Notes under the pieces: generated by a model | The model's database searches: none | What the model saw: only the letters and a program-made list of their open reading frames with translations | What the model was told of the DNA's origin: nothing | Shown: positions 14,150 to 27,179 of the stretch, piece after piece | How the letters are laid out: every line of letters starts with the position of its first letter | How positions within the stretch are numbered: position 1 is the stretch's first letter | Assembly (NCBI RefSeq): GCF_001194135.2 | Contig: NC_068987.1 | Span: 73,299,545-73,363,544 of the forward strand | From: Octopus bimaculoides | Lineage: Eukaryota | Direction of reading: 5' to 3' | Length of the DNA: 64,000 nucleotides | Translations under genes and position numbers: made by a program

Positions 14150-14279
14150 GCAACTTTGCCAAACTCTGTGAGTTTATCAACAAAAGTACTGACTTTTTAG
14201 CGAAGAATTCCAGTCATCTTGACAACGTGATTGCTACATTAGACTGCCAGAAACATTCGTTTGGAATCTTGGGCATTTT
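14150..14279 (+). CDS. COPS3: COPS3 exon 2
   Basis: ttttag acceptor; GNFAKLCEFINKSTDFLAKNSSHLDNVIATLDCQKHSFGILGI(L); donor GTAAGT; 130 nt. Confidence 0.95.
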
Positions 14280-15326
14280 GTAAGTGAATTTATTTTTTTG
14301 TGTGTTTAATTATTCATTGCAATATTATTATAGATAATTTTTGATTTGAGGTTAGTTAATCTGAACATGGGACCCACCCAGAGCTTTCCTCAGTTTTCCT
14401 ATGACCACTGGTGATGATAAGTCGGTGATCTATTTTAGTGGTGGGCTAGATCTTGTGTAAAAGTTATTTGTTAACCTTTTAACATTTAAACCAGCCATAT
14501 CTTGCCCAAATATTCTACCTGTTTTATGTCCAAACTAGCCAGCTCCTTCCTCTAACATCTACCTTACAATATCATTTTAAAAGTACACAGTCACATCATT
14601 GAAATTTCTAAGGTACCAGACAATGCATGATTAATTCAAAACAATGGGAATAAACATATGCATTATATCTGACAGTAATCTGAATGCTAAATAAGGAGAA
14701 ATCTAGATGCTGGCATAGAGTTGTCACAGACATAGTAGGATGCAGGACAAAATTTTTTACAGTATTTAGTTACATTCCTGTATGTTTTGAGTTCAGATCC
14801 ATCCAGGATCCTTCCTAGGTCAATAAAATAAGTGTTGTCAAGTAGTAGATCAATTCAGTCAACTATATTCTTCCTTGAAAGACATTTGTGGCAGTGTGCC
14901 TTATGTTAGGAATCATCATTATTAGTGAAGGTAGTGGATTAGCAGCATTGTTAGAGCATCAGATGAAATGTCTTGCCAGATTTATTTTGGCTCTTTATAT
15001 TTTGCAGAGGTCAACTATACTTTCATCCTTTCAGCTTTATTGTTCCATTTTGTATTTGAAAAAGACAATGTATTTTAATCTGTGACACTAATTTTTTTTT
15101 AAACGAACATGTCCACAACTTTATTTAAATTTTTTATCAATGTCGGAAACAACTTATGAGAAAGTGTTGTAAATCTGGCACATATGCAGTGCCTTTCTGT
15201 TTGGTGTTGATAAAAATCTTGAAGATGTGAAATGATGTTTATGTTGTTACTGTTGCTTGTTATATCACACATAACTTATCTTCTGTCTGTTTGTTTATGT
15301 TTTCTGATCTTTTACTTCCTTTTAAG

Positions 15327-15439
15327 GTGTGTAAAGTATAACTTGAGTAACATTCCAGACTTTGAAACTTTGTATGTCCAAACTCAGGATTTTATACTTT
15401 CATGCAATGGCGAACATGTTAGAAATGCAACTAGTAGCT
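15327..15439 (+). CDS. COPS3: COPS3 exon 3
   Basis: CVKYNLSNIPDFETLYVQTQDFILSCNGEHVRNATSS; AG/GTAAGT; 113 nt. Confidence 0.95.
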
Positions 15440-15559
15440 GTAAGTATCTTTTTGCCTGACATAACATTTCTTTTGGTTGTTGTTACTGTTGCTTTCTTCT
15501 GATAGCCTCACCTCAAGCAGCTGCTTTTGTGACGTATCTCATAATGCTGTGTCAGGAAC

Positions 15560-16560
15560 CTCTCTGTCCTGCACTGGTTTTTGAAGATCCTCACTTTCAT
15601 GTTGCATGTGTGTCTGCCAATATCATCAGTGTAGTGGAGTGATCTTCATGTTTTGTTAGACTGCAGAAATTTCCAGAATAACACATCCAAGTTAGCATGT
15701 TGTTCAGCATGATATCTATGGTCAGCGAAGTCTATCCTGTTTTGAGCAATAATACTAGTGATGGGTGGAATGTGTCCATAAATCTCCTCTTTGGTCTTGC
15801 GCTCATGCCACTAGATGTTTTGAGCCCTCTTGGTATATGTACTTGAGCCTGATGTATATACCATGAAAGTGCTCTTGAAGCTTCTTTATAATTGAGGTTT
15901 CCTCTCTGTAGAGAAAATTCTCTCTACACATGTCCTGAAGGTAAACCTTGTTGACTTTGAAAAGCTTAATTGCCAAATGTTTTGAAGTTTGTTAGAGGCA
16001 CTCCAGGCTAATAGATTGCATGTAAAGAAGTCTTTTTTTACTGTCAGCAATGTAGGCTACAAGGTACTTGATGTCATTGACTTTCTTGTTTTGTGTGCAT
16101 TGTTGAAACACAATGGCAGGTCGCTTTCATCTTCATTGATGGTCAGGTAGAATGAAGTCTTCTTTGCATTGAGAAACAGACTGATTTTGACTGCAGTATT
16201 CTCAAGTGATGTTAACCCACAGTTGTTGAACTGTGAAAGCAAGATCAACAGCATAGTCAGTCAGAGAGGTACAGGATCCAGGCACTGCTGATGGTCTTGA
16301 TTGTTTCTGCTAGATGGTACGGCCTTTGTCTAGGATAGCATCAAGACCTTGTTTAAGGATGTAGTCCCCTACAGTTACAAAGAAAAAAGGAGCTAGGGTG
16401 TCTCCATGAAGAATTCCTGCTGTTGTTGGAAACTCTTTAGTTGGGCCATCTTTACTTTGCTCAAAGTTTTATGGGTTTTCATAAATGATTGCAATGGCTT
16501 TGATTTTATCTGGAACACCTTAGTTCAACAGGAGATGCGACAAGGCTTTTCTGTTGATAC
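15560..16560 (-). mobile_element. Degraded RTEX-like LINE RT
   Basis: - strand AGILHGDTLAPFFFVTVGDYIL and KISLFLNAKKT match RT motifs. Confidence 0.65.
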
Positions 16561-17300
16561 TATCAAATACCTTGGAGAGACTGGCTCCTGTGCCGGTGGC
16601 ACGTAAAAAGCACCATCTGAATGTGGCTGATGCCACTGGCTCCCGTGCCGGTGACATGTAAAAAACACTCACTACACTCTCGGAGTGGTTGGCGTTAGGA
16701 AGGGCATCCAGCTGTAGAAACATTGCCAGATCAGATTAGTTTCAACATATGGTCTCATGTCAGACAAGTGCGTCTCCAAAATAATAGCTGTTTTCTTCTT
16801 TAATATTATTTTGATATTGTTATATTTTGGGTTGATGGTTTTTCTTTTTTTTTTTTTGCCAAATAAACACAAGCACTGTATATTCATTCTTCATTTGTTT
16901 ATTATTGTTCTTATTTTATCTGATGTCCTTTGTCTGGAAATCTTCTGTCACACATCTGTAACCTCTTCAGTGACTAGGTGGAGCAGGAGGATACACTTGG
17001 ATGGAGAGTGTCACTGAAGAGGTCACAGATGTGTGACGAAAGAATTCCAGACAATAGACATAAGACAAAATAAGGATGATAATAAATGAGTGAAGAACAA
17101 ATATATAGTGTTTATATATAGTGTTTATTAGGCAAATGAAAAAAAAAAGTGACCATCCCAAATTATAACAATATCTGTTTCAACACATTATTTCACTTCA
17201 GGAATCTTGCAACGCAAATTCATAAATATATTATTTTAATATTTTTTGAATATTGATAATTTACTTTCATTTAAACGAAATGTTTTGCTTTTTTGATTAG

Positions 17301-17353
17301 TTGCTGATCTTTGTCACAAGTTTACTCAATACTTGATGGATAGCACAAGACAG
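17301..17353 (+). CDS. COPS3: COPS3 exon 4
   Basis: FADLCHKFTQYLMDSTRQ; ttag/GTAAGT; 53 nt, restores phase 0. Confidence 0.93.
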
Positions 17354-18689
17354 GTAAGTGCCATGATTGTATACGTACTTTACTCACAGTCGATTTTTAT
17401 CTGTCATTTGATTTTGGATGTAAAGAACATTTTTCATAATTCATCTGTGTCATTGAGACTTGAAAATGTTAAAATTTACTGTATCATACTAATTTTGGTT
17501 TGGAAGATTTAATAATGGGTAAAATAAAATCCATTATAGTCTCTCTTTAGTGCCTCTCATCTCTTATTTTTAGCTATTAACTCTTATAATAATCTGCTTT
17601 TATTACAAAATGTGCTGTAAGTTTGTGTTATGTAAGGAGAGATAAATTTCAAGGTTTTAAGTCAACATAAATAATCATTATGTTGCTTTGGAGTCTAATT
17701 TTTCTTATATGCTTTTATACTTGGACACAACCACTTGTGTCCACAGCAGTAAGACAATGTAAGATACATCATCTTACTGCTGAATATTTCTCCATAACTG
17801 ATTCCATCGATCTTATGCTTCTGTTGCCCTTGTGTTCACCTCTTGTTTATTGTCACATAGCAGTAATACCCATTGTTGATCAAATAATTACTTTTTACTT
17901 TTTCTCGGGAGTCACATTCAGAGTGTTATTATATATATAAATTTACTCCTGTATGTGTGTATTTTATGAGAAAAATACATGTAATAATTGGAGTAGAAAA
18001 AAAGTCAATTTCATACACGAACTTCTGTTTGTTTATTATTTGACAATAATAAGTGAGTTGTGTTATTCTATATATCAACACAGTAATGGCAATTATATAA
18101 TACACAAGGCTTTGGTTGGCACAGAGCTGTAATGAAAGAGAATTGCCCAATGTGCTGCACAGTGGGACTGAACCTAAGGTGACATGGTTGGAAAGCAAGC
18201 TTCTCAACCAGACAGCCACGCCTATAAAGGAGAGATAGATTTTGGATAATATACTCCTTGATACAATATGCCTAACAAAAAGATGTGATGTTTGTGGCAA
18301 AAAAACCTTTGATTTTAATATTTANNNNNNNNNNNNNNNNNNNNNNNNNNNNNNNNNNNNNNNNNNNNNNNNNNNNNNNNNNNNNNNNNNNNNNNNNNNN
18401 NNNNNNNNNNNNNNNNNNNNNNNNNNNNNNNNNNNNNNNNNNNNNNNNNNNNNNNNNNNNNNNNNNNNNNNNNNNNNNNNNNNNNNNNNNNNNNNNNNNN
18501 NNNNNNNNNNNNNNNNNNNNNNNNNNNNNNNNNNNNNNNNNNNNNNNNNNNNNNNNNNNNNNNNNNNNNNNNNNNNNNNNNNNNNNNNNNNNNNNNNNNN
18601 NNNNNNNNNNNNNNNNNNNNNNNNNNNNNNNNNNNNNNNNNNNNNNNNNNNNNNNNNNNNNNNNAAGCAAAATTCAAAATTTATACACT

Positions 18690-19536
18690 TTTAACACATA
18701 TTGAACATGATAAACATAAATAGAAGTGAGTTTAAAAAAAAAATGCACCCAATTTCACTCAAATCATCATTAATTCTGGGACACCCTAAATTTACTTGTC
18801 TGACTAGATGGGGGAGGAAACTCAGGGGGTACTAATTGCAGGTGGCGAGCATAGCTTCCGGAAGTGGTCACGCGATAGTTCAGACATGGATGACATAGAA
18901 AGCAGACGTACTGCCGCGCCATGCTGCGTTGCGCAGGATTGGAAACGTGAAACCTCAACAGGGCACTTCTGGAGAATGGATGAATGGGTTTGTTGTGCCT
19001 TTACCCAGCTGCACACATGCGCACATAGCCCAGTGGTGCATGGGATGGTAACATGAAGCATCAACAGGGCGCCAACAAAAATTTTAATGTTCTTATTTCC
19101 TCTGCAAAAATTGGACAAAAGGTTTTCATGAAATATTATATGCTATCGTTGGAAAATGGCCTAAAACAAAGATAAAACTCGGTGCAGTATACTCAAATCT
19201 GATTAAACTGCATTTTTGTGGGACCCATAGTCGGAAATTTATTTTAGTCAACAGCAATTTGAGGAGACTGATTAATGTTTGTTGCAAATTTGGAGAAAAG
19301 CGACTGGATACTCTTCAAGTTATGGGCCTTAACGCTGTGAAAATGCTTAAAAAATGCTGTTGATCTGCCCCTGCATTAGGCAAGAAGTTGAAAATTGTTT
19401 TGGCCCATGACACTCCATAGACCTTATGTAATGCATGTGTAAAATTCCTTTAAAATTGGTTGGGTGGATCTCGAGTTTTAATGACATGACAAACACACAG
19501 ACAGAGACACATCCTGTATTTTATATATATATAGAT
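18690..19536 (+). mobile_element. Probable non-autonomous Helitron/Helentron-like element with CpG-rich core
   Basis: 3' end ...ACAAACACACAGACAGAGACACATCCTGTATTTTATATATATATAGAT resembles invertebrate non-autonomous rolling-circle elements; 5' end lies at a gap. Confidence 0.4.
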
Positions 19537-19566
19537 AAACATTGATTCATTATTGTCTTTTTCCAG

Positions 19567-19668
19567 CCATCTCAAGCAATGCGAGGAATACCCATCTTAA
19601 TTAAAGCCATCACCAAGATTCAGCTGTTTCCCTCTCAGCTAACTTCTATTCATAGTGATCTCTGCAAG
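19567..19668 (+). CDS. COPS3: COPS3 exon 5
   Basis: PSQAMRGIPILIKAITKIQLFPSQLTSIHSDLCK; ttccag/GTTAGA; 102 nt. Confidence 0.92.
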
Positions 19669-20299
19669 GTTAGAAATTTTCATGTTAATTCTTTTCTGGT
19701 TGCAATGCTATCCCTATTGTGACTTATACTGACAGATGTCTGTGTTACTACTATGGATATGTTTGATGTTATATTCTTATAGAGTTGAAGATGGCATGCT
19801 GGCAGAATCCTTAGCATGCCAGACAAAATGCTTAGTGACTTTTCTACTGGCTTTATGCTCCAAGTACAAATTCCACCAAAGATGATTTTGTCTTTCATCC
19901 TTTCAGGGTTGAGTACTGGGGCTGATGTAATCAATTTCCCCACTGCTCAAAATTGTTGGCCTTGTGCCAAAATAAGAAAGGATATTATTTGAGAGTTGAT
20001 TAACCCTGTTCTGGCCGCCAATATCTTTTCTACTTGATCCAGACTTGTACAAAATACATATATATGTTTGTATATGTCTGTATGTTATATTTCTGACATC
20101 AGACTAGATGAAAGCATAATGTATCTGAAAAAGTTAGTTATAGGGGTTCTGTCTGAATGTATGAATGACTATAATCAACAGCAGTAACAGCTACACGTTA
20201 TGAGAAGCTAATGGGGATTTCAAGTCAAAACAACCCTGTCTAAGCTAAACAATCATAGAAACCAGATGTAGAATGCTGGTGTAACCAAATGATGTTTAA

Positions 20300-20518
20300 C
20301 CCTTTAGCATTCACATTATTCTGTCAAATGAAAAACTTATTTATTTACATCATTTTGAATAAATCATGCATTATCTTGTGGCTTTGAGATTTTGATGAGG
20401 TAACTGTTAATTTTTACAATGATATTGCAGGTGGTTGCGAGAGGCCACATATGACTAGTTCAAACATAAGACAGGTATAATATTTTGGCTGGATATATCT
20501 GGTTTATGTGCGAAAGGG
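20300..20518. mobile_element. piggyBac-type MITE
   Basis: TTAA-CCCTTTAGCA...GCGAAAGGG-TTAA; homologous copy at 43382-43598. Confidence 0.8.
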
Positions 20519-20699
20519 TTAAAGTGTGGATTTTTAAATATTGATAATGAGAATGATGATAGTAACAATTACAATGTTGATAATACCAAGTAAAAAGCTT
20601 GACATGAAGCCTGTGTGTGCTTTCTCTCTGTCTGTGTGTCTATTCACAATGAGTTTACTGTATGCATCTGTTTTCATTCTTCTTATTTCTCTTTTTCAG

Positions 20700-20774
20700 T
20701 TGTGTTTGCAATCCAAAAACCTGCAGCCTGCCTTGCAGTTTTTAAATGTGGACTTTGTTGATATTGGCAATGAA
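20700..20774 (+). CDS. COPS3: COPS3 exon 6
   Basis: LCLQSKNLQPALQFLNVDFVDIGNE; tttcag/GTAAGG; 75 nt. Confidence 0.93.
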
Positions 20775-21529
20775 GTAAGGAGTATTTTATTTTATGTTTC
20801 TTGTATCTAAAATTTACTTTGAGTGTACTCATGTGCATGTATCCACCCTGGATCACACATGGGCAACTTTTTTCAAGAAGTGGGCTGCACGAGACATGGC
20901 TTATCAGTTGAGCTGCACTACTAAAAGAATTTAAGGTAATTTTTCGTTGGCGAATCATTCAGAAAGTCCTGCAGGCTCTAGTTTGCCCATGACTGGTCTT
21001 GTTCAGTTTTGATAATTGTAAGAATAGGAAAACATTAATTACTGAATTTTGTTGTAAAGAATAATGGTTTTATCTGTATGGTCACATGGTGAAGAAATTT
21101 GCTTTGCAATCAGTAAGACCCCAAGTTTGATCTTATAGTATGAAACATTTGGTGTCTTCTACTCTAGCTTCAGTTCCACCCAAGCCTTGTGAACGAAATC
21201 GGGTCAATGGTAACCCAATGGTCATTGGATGCACTTCACCTTTAATTCAATGGCTCTGCATGTTAAACTAATGCAACACATGGTGTCACACTAATTCAGC
21301 CCTAGGATTACATAAAGCATCTGTGGAAAACTCAGCCACTCATACACTGTAATACAATAGAGGAGTATTTTTGTAATTCTTAAAACAGTAATGTCTTCAT
21401 TTTTGAAATTACATCCACCCCCACATGTACACTTGACTACAAAAACAGCATGTTTAAACTACATAGACTGAGACAAACATGATGGGGTTTCTATAAATTT
21501 TGTTAAACATTCTGTTTTTACTTCTGCAG

Positions 21530-21634
21530 GGAGGTCACTATGATGCCAAAGACTTCTTACTCTATTACTACTATGGTGGGATGATCTACACTGCTCTAAA
21601 GAACTATGATCGTGCTTTGTATTTCTTTGAAGTG
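21530..21634 (+). CDS. COPS3: COPS3 exon 7
   Basis: [35 protein letters not shown], containing the YYYYGGMIY signature; tgcag/GTAAGT; 105 nt. Confidence 0.97.
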
Positions 21635-22870
21635 GTAAGTAATTTTTGACCAAAATGTTGTAAGTAGAAATTAGTTGACAAAAATTTGTGGAAATCTAGT
21701 GTCTATGTATGTGATGTATGTATCTATGTGTATGTGTGTATGCATATGTATGTGTGTATCACTGAAGGACATAAACCTCCACAAGGAAAAGAGTGCTTTT
21801 TCCATGAACCGTCTTGTGATATTTGTTCTGTGTCAAGTCACATATACTCCCTTGTCATTTTCTCTGCTAGTAATGCATGAACCAGTTATCAGCTCATTGG
21901 AAACCTGTAATCAACAACACTTTATTATCTTTTTTAATTACAGTATGTGCATGTGCATATTTATGTTACTGTCTTCTTGCCATGACATCATGTAATAGTT
22001 GTGTGAGTCAATGTCATGTAAGCAGTGTCCTTCATTTCCAGTCTTCTGTGATAACATGTCTGATCATGGGGAAATATTTCCTTACTTGGAAACAAGTGAT
22101 TTTGGCAACAGGAAGGACATCTAGTCATAGTAAAATCTACCTGAAGAAATTCTGTCTCTCCCATGCAAACTTGGAAATCTGCACACTAAAAATGATGATG
22201 GTGGTGATGAAGACTTGCAATCAAAGTATTGTAAGGGAAACAATCCAAATATAAACAGCTGGGTCACAACTAGCTAGTTAAGTGATGGATAAAGATTCTT
22301 AGAACCTGATTGGATGAGAGATATTTGGGAATTAGAGGTAACTGTTGAATCAAGTGATTGTACATATGATGGAGATATCACAAACACATCATGCTTGGAG
22401 TGAGTTCACCTTACCCACTTTAGTTGTGGCCACCACCAGAATCCTCAGACATACAAGAAAGTTTCTGTGTGGTTTCTCATCTTGTTAAAAAATAGCAGTA
22501 AAATCTTTTCCAAATCATATCCCACTGTCTTATAAAAAAGTGGTATAGATGCATTGTTTAATGTGGTGTTGGATTCATTGTGTGTGAAGAAAAGAGGCAA
22601 GGTTGTCACTGCTGGAATGACTGAGCATACACATTCTTGATTTTAGTTGACTTGGGGCTAAGCAACAATGGCAGACACACAGGAACAAACTAGACATCAT
22701 CAATCGTTGTCACCAACATTTTACATCCGCTTTTCCATGTTTGCATGAGTTGGATGGTTTTTCTACAGCTGTTCTTTACAGCTTGATGTCCTTCTGCTTA
22801 TCAACCTTTTATGAGTGTTAGGTACAACATGCACTTGTAAGAGTGCACGGTGTATCTATTCTAAAATCAA

Positions 22871-22997
22871 GATACACATATCACATTGACTGCACCAGTT
22901 CTTGTTTGATCACTGAAATTAAGTGTCAGGCCTTCTTAGTACCTGACGCTTAATAGATGGGTGACCGTTTGGGAAACCTAAGGTGCAGTAAGCATTT
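22871..22997 (+). pseudogene. 5S rRNA-derived sequence, near full length
   Basis: CACCAGTTCTTGTTTGATCACTGAAATTAAG...TTAGTAC...GATGGGTGACCGTTTGGGAAACC..GGTGCAGTAAGCATTT aligns by eye to metazoan 5S, with many transitions and an ~11-nt insertion. Confidence 0.75.
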
Positions 22998-23770
22998 CAT
23001 ATTGTAGTCCACTCTGGTTGGTGTTAGGAAGGGTATCTAGCTGTAAAAACCATGTCAAACTAGACATAAAGTATGGTGTAGTCGTCTGCCGAGCCAGCTC
23101 ATGTCTTTGTCCAACCCATTGCCAGCATGGAAAGCAGACGTTAAATGATGATGACATGGGTAAAGAAACAGACTAGACAGTGGGCTGATACTAGATGACC
23201 GACTCAGTCCTGAATTCAAACCTACTGCTGGTGTTTTATTTTGTATTTAGAGAGTACACATATCTCAGATAGGTATCTGTTACCTCGGAGATGCTATATG
23301 AGATATACCTGAATCCTAAAAAAATGAGATTTGCTTATGAAAGCTGTACAGAAGCTTATTGTGTGTGTGTTTGTTTTGAATTGATACCACTTAGGCAGTG
23401 GTAACATTTGTACCTGCAGACCATAAATGTAACTAGCAGCATTGCAGTTTCAATATGCGTTAACAAGTGAATTAAAACATCTTACTTGGCATCAGGGTGG
23501 GCCTCAAACTGTTGAATACTGCCTCAGCAAGTCCTTATTTCCTTAAATAAGACCTACCACTCTGTCTGTCTCGGTCAATGTAACTGAGAAGTTTCCATTC
23601 CTGCTACCTTACAACCAAATAGACGAGGGATGAGACAACCAGACCACTATAAGGCATGGTTGCTGCAGTTTAATTTAATGTGTAATTATCTAAACTTTGA
23701 AGAAACATCCTACCCATCGTTATTTGTCAAAAATAACTAAAGTGTTTGTTGATGTTTCATTGTTTTTCAG

Positions 23771-23860
23771 GCAATTACAACTCCCAGCATGGCTGTCAGC
23801 CACATTATGATGGAGGCTTATAAGAAATATATATTAGTGGCACTTATATTACATGGAAAG
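23771..23860 (+). CDS. COPS3: COPS3 exon 8
   Basis: [30 protein letters not shown]; ttcag/GTAAGA; 90 nt. Confidence 0.97.
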
Positions 23861-25632
23861 GTAAGAGAAATATTCTATTATGTTGTGTTATATTGCATGG
23901 TTAGGTTGGTGCTGGAGGTATATATGTATATATATTGTATAGTACTGCAAAGCAAAAGCAGCATTTATCTTTTGATATTGTGTTGCAAGGCAAGGTGGGG
24001 GGTCGTGTTTGTGGGGTTATACTATGTATTGTCATACTACTGAGAGAGGAAATGGGAGAGGAGTGGTCACACATTGAAGGAAGGAATTGGTTGTTTTGTT
24101 ATACTGCACAGAGAGAAAAGTGTTTGTTATACCACAGTGTTATGAAGGAGAGAATGAAATTCTAGCTACTGTGACTGTAAGCTGCACAATATATATATAT
24201 ATNNNNNNNNNNNNNNNNNNNNNNNNNNNNNNNNNNNNNNNNNNNNNNNNNNNNNNNNNNNNNNNNNNNNNNNNNNNNNNNNNNNNNNNNNNNNNNNNNN
24301 NNATATTATTATAGGAAGAAATTCAAAATCTTACAGCTGTTTCTGAGATATCCTCGGGTATGGGATATTCCATCATCAGAGACAAACTGGGGAAAGAAAT
24401 ATGGAAAATGAGAATGCTGTATATCAATAAGATGATAACATAGAGGAAGTGGGTAAGAGAATAAGATGATGGAAAGAGAGAAGAGAAAAGAGGCATTATA
24501 GTTCATAGTTCAACTTTTTGAAGTTATAGAAACCAAAGCAGGAATCCTTAGTTGCAATCCTGCATGTATCCATGAGTGTAATTCTTTAGGTGCAATCCTT
24601 CAGAAAGTTGAACTATGAACTTTTATGCCTCTTTTTGACATCCTGTTTAACAATTATATATCCACTGCATCTGCAATGGCTCCATAACTACCATCTTGGC
24701 TTTAACCTTGGAGCCTCAGTAATCCATTACAGCACTTACCTAGCATTTGGATTACCTGTGAACTAAATCCCCATACTTTGTCACATATATATATATATAT
24801 ATATACAAATGTATGTGTGTATTTATGTATATGCATACATACAGACATTGAGTTGAGAGAGGTGGTCAATTAATGAACATTTCCTCAGTTAAGAAACACA
24901 TGCAGCCACAGCTATGTCAGATTGTGACAATATTTAGCAAGTTGTTTGTAATAAAATTGATGGCAATTAATATGTTGTTGACAAGAGAAGAAAATGGGAA
25001 TTCAGTGTGTAAGTTGCACTGAATGCTGGGTAACATGCTACAACATTGGAAAAAGTTATGAAAGCATGTGACTGTTTGGAGGATTGGTGCATGGGTATAG
25101 AAGACAGGCAGTAAGCAGAAGTCAGGCAGTATGAAGCCATGTAATAAAGACCTACATTCCACAAGACACTGACCTGTGCACGACTTCTCTGTGCAATTTG
25201 ACTTGCTGGGCTGGTCTGTGGTATCCCTGCTGTTAACTTTACTGTTGGACTTGTGTTGGTATAAGAAGGATGTCGAGTTTTGCAGCAATAGGAAGGAAGG
25301 AAGAGCTCATGTGTTGTTCTACTATATTGGTAAGAAAGAGACCCTGTAGTGTTATATTACATTGGAAGAGGGTCATGTATTGTTATATGGCATAGCAATG
25401 CTTTGAAGTGAAAATGAGTGAACATATTTAGGGTGTAGGACAGTGAATAAAAGACAATCAAAATAGTGTGATACGCAACACATACATATTGCCTGTTTAT
25501 GTTATCATTAGAGGTCTTTTAATTTGTAAATCTGCATATTCACCAAACAATGAGGAAGTGGGAAGATGTTTGTTGAAATCATTATTCTTATTATTATTTT
25601 TCTTATTTTTGTTTAAATTTTTTTATTCTCAG

Positions 25633-25683
25633 ATTCCAGCTCTTCCAAAATACACATCTCAAGTTGTAGGTAAATATATTAAG
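25633..25683 (+). CDS. COPS3: COPS3 exon 9
   Basis: IPALPKYTSQVVGKYIK; ctcag/GTGAGC; 51 nt. Confidence 0.95.
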
Positions 25684-26459
25684 GTGAGCATTTAAAAAAT
25701 TTTTTTTTTAAAGATATCTTTTAACTGTACGAGAAGGGAGTCTGAACACAGCAACATTCTGTTTCCCTTGTTTAAAGAAGAAGGGAAACAGACTGGTGGG
25801 GATACTAAAGTTGCTGATGCCAAAATTGAACACCCGAAGCTTAATACCTGCAAGGAAAATAAGACTTGGAATGGAATTGGTGGTTCTGATCCAAATGTTT
25901 GTAACTGACTGAACTCTTTGAAGAGCTATCTAAAGACCATGTGGTAGTACCAAAACAAATGGCACTTTAGTTTGTCTTAAGTTTCTTGGCATAAAGCTTG
26001 ACATGTTTTAAATTCCATGTCATATATATATATATATATATACACATACAATCAACATCATTATTTTAGCGTCCATTTTTCCATGCTTGCATCAGTTAGA
26101 CTGAATTCGTCAGGGTAGATTCTCTACAGCTGGATGCCCAACCTGTCATCACCCCTCACCTGTTTTGAAGCATGGTAATATTTCCTCATGGCCAGACATG
26201 TTACAGAAGACAGGAAACAAAGGACTACACTTATATGACAAAGATGATTCTTTATAACATTGCATGATGTCACAACAAAGAGACACACAGTATTTCTGTT
26301 CTAAATTCACTTACAAGTCTTTAGTCTGGTAGGGGCTAGGAGACATGCCCAAAATGACATGCAGTTGAGTTTAACCATGTGGTTAAGAAGTAAACTTCTT
26401 AGCCATAATGTCAATGCTATACTTTTATATCCATCTATTCATGTTATCCCCATTAGTAA

Positions 26460-26760
26460 TTTTATTTGTGAGGTATCTCAGTCCTTTGTCATGTTGTTGG
26501 AGAAGTTCAGCATCTGGAGGTTGTCCCTCAGTACTTCATCCCATGTCTTCTTGGGTCTCTCTTTTCCATGTGTTCCATCCACTTTGCGAGATTGGTACTT
26601 TATGGAGCTTTCAGCATCCATCTGCATCATATGAGCTAACCAGTGTAGTCTTCTCTCTTGCACACTGTGTTTAATTCCTCTTGAGGTAAATTTTTCTGTG
26701 TCTGGATGCCCTTCCTGTTACCAGCCCTCACCTGTTTCCAGTCAATGACTGCTTACCAAA
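26460..26760 (-). mobile_element. RTE LINE 3' relic
   Basis: MQERRLHWLAHMMQM...GKERPKKTWDEV is a typical RTE ORF2 C-terminus. Confidence 0.7.
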
Positions 26761-26801
26761 CTATAGTTATTGGAGATCTGACTTGTTGTTTTCTGTTGCA
26801 G

Positions 26802-26903
26802 CCACTGTGCCAGCCATACTATGACCTTGCTACATCATACGGAACAAATAACCCATCAGATCTGCGGATGATTGTCAATAAGCACTCGGAAGTATTCAGT
26901 AAG
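26802..26903 (+). CDS. COPS3: COPS3 exon 10
   Basis: PLCQPYYDLATSYGTNNPSDLRMIVNKHSEVFSK; tgcag/GTAAGA; 102 nt. Confidence 0.95.
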
Positions 26904-27179
26904 GTAAGAATATATTGACGTATCTTGTGTACATGTATCAACACTAGGTGTTCTCTTTCACTTGTACCTAGTCACACACCATCCCACCACCACTACCAGT
27001 TCCTATCTGTCATCACTGATTANNNNNNNNNNNNNNNNNNNNNNNNNNNNNNNNNNNNNNNNNNNNNNNNNNNNNNNNNNNNNNNNNNNNNNNNNNNNNN
27101 NNNNNNNNNNNNNNNNNNNNNNNNNNNNNNNNNNNNNNNNNNNNNNNNNNNNNNNNGTGGGGAGGGAATTAAATAGCAG

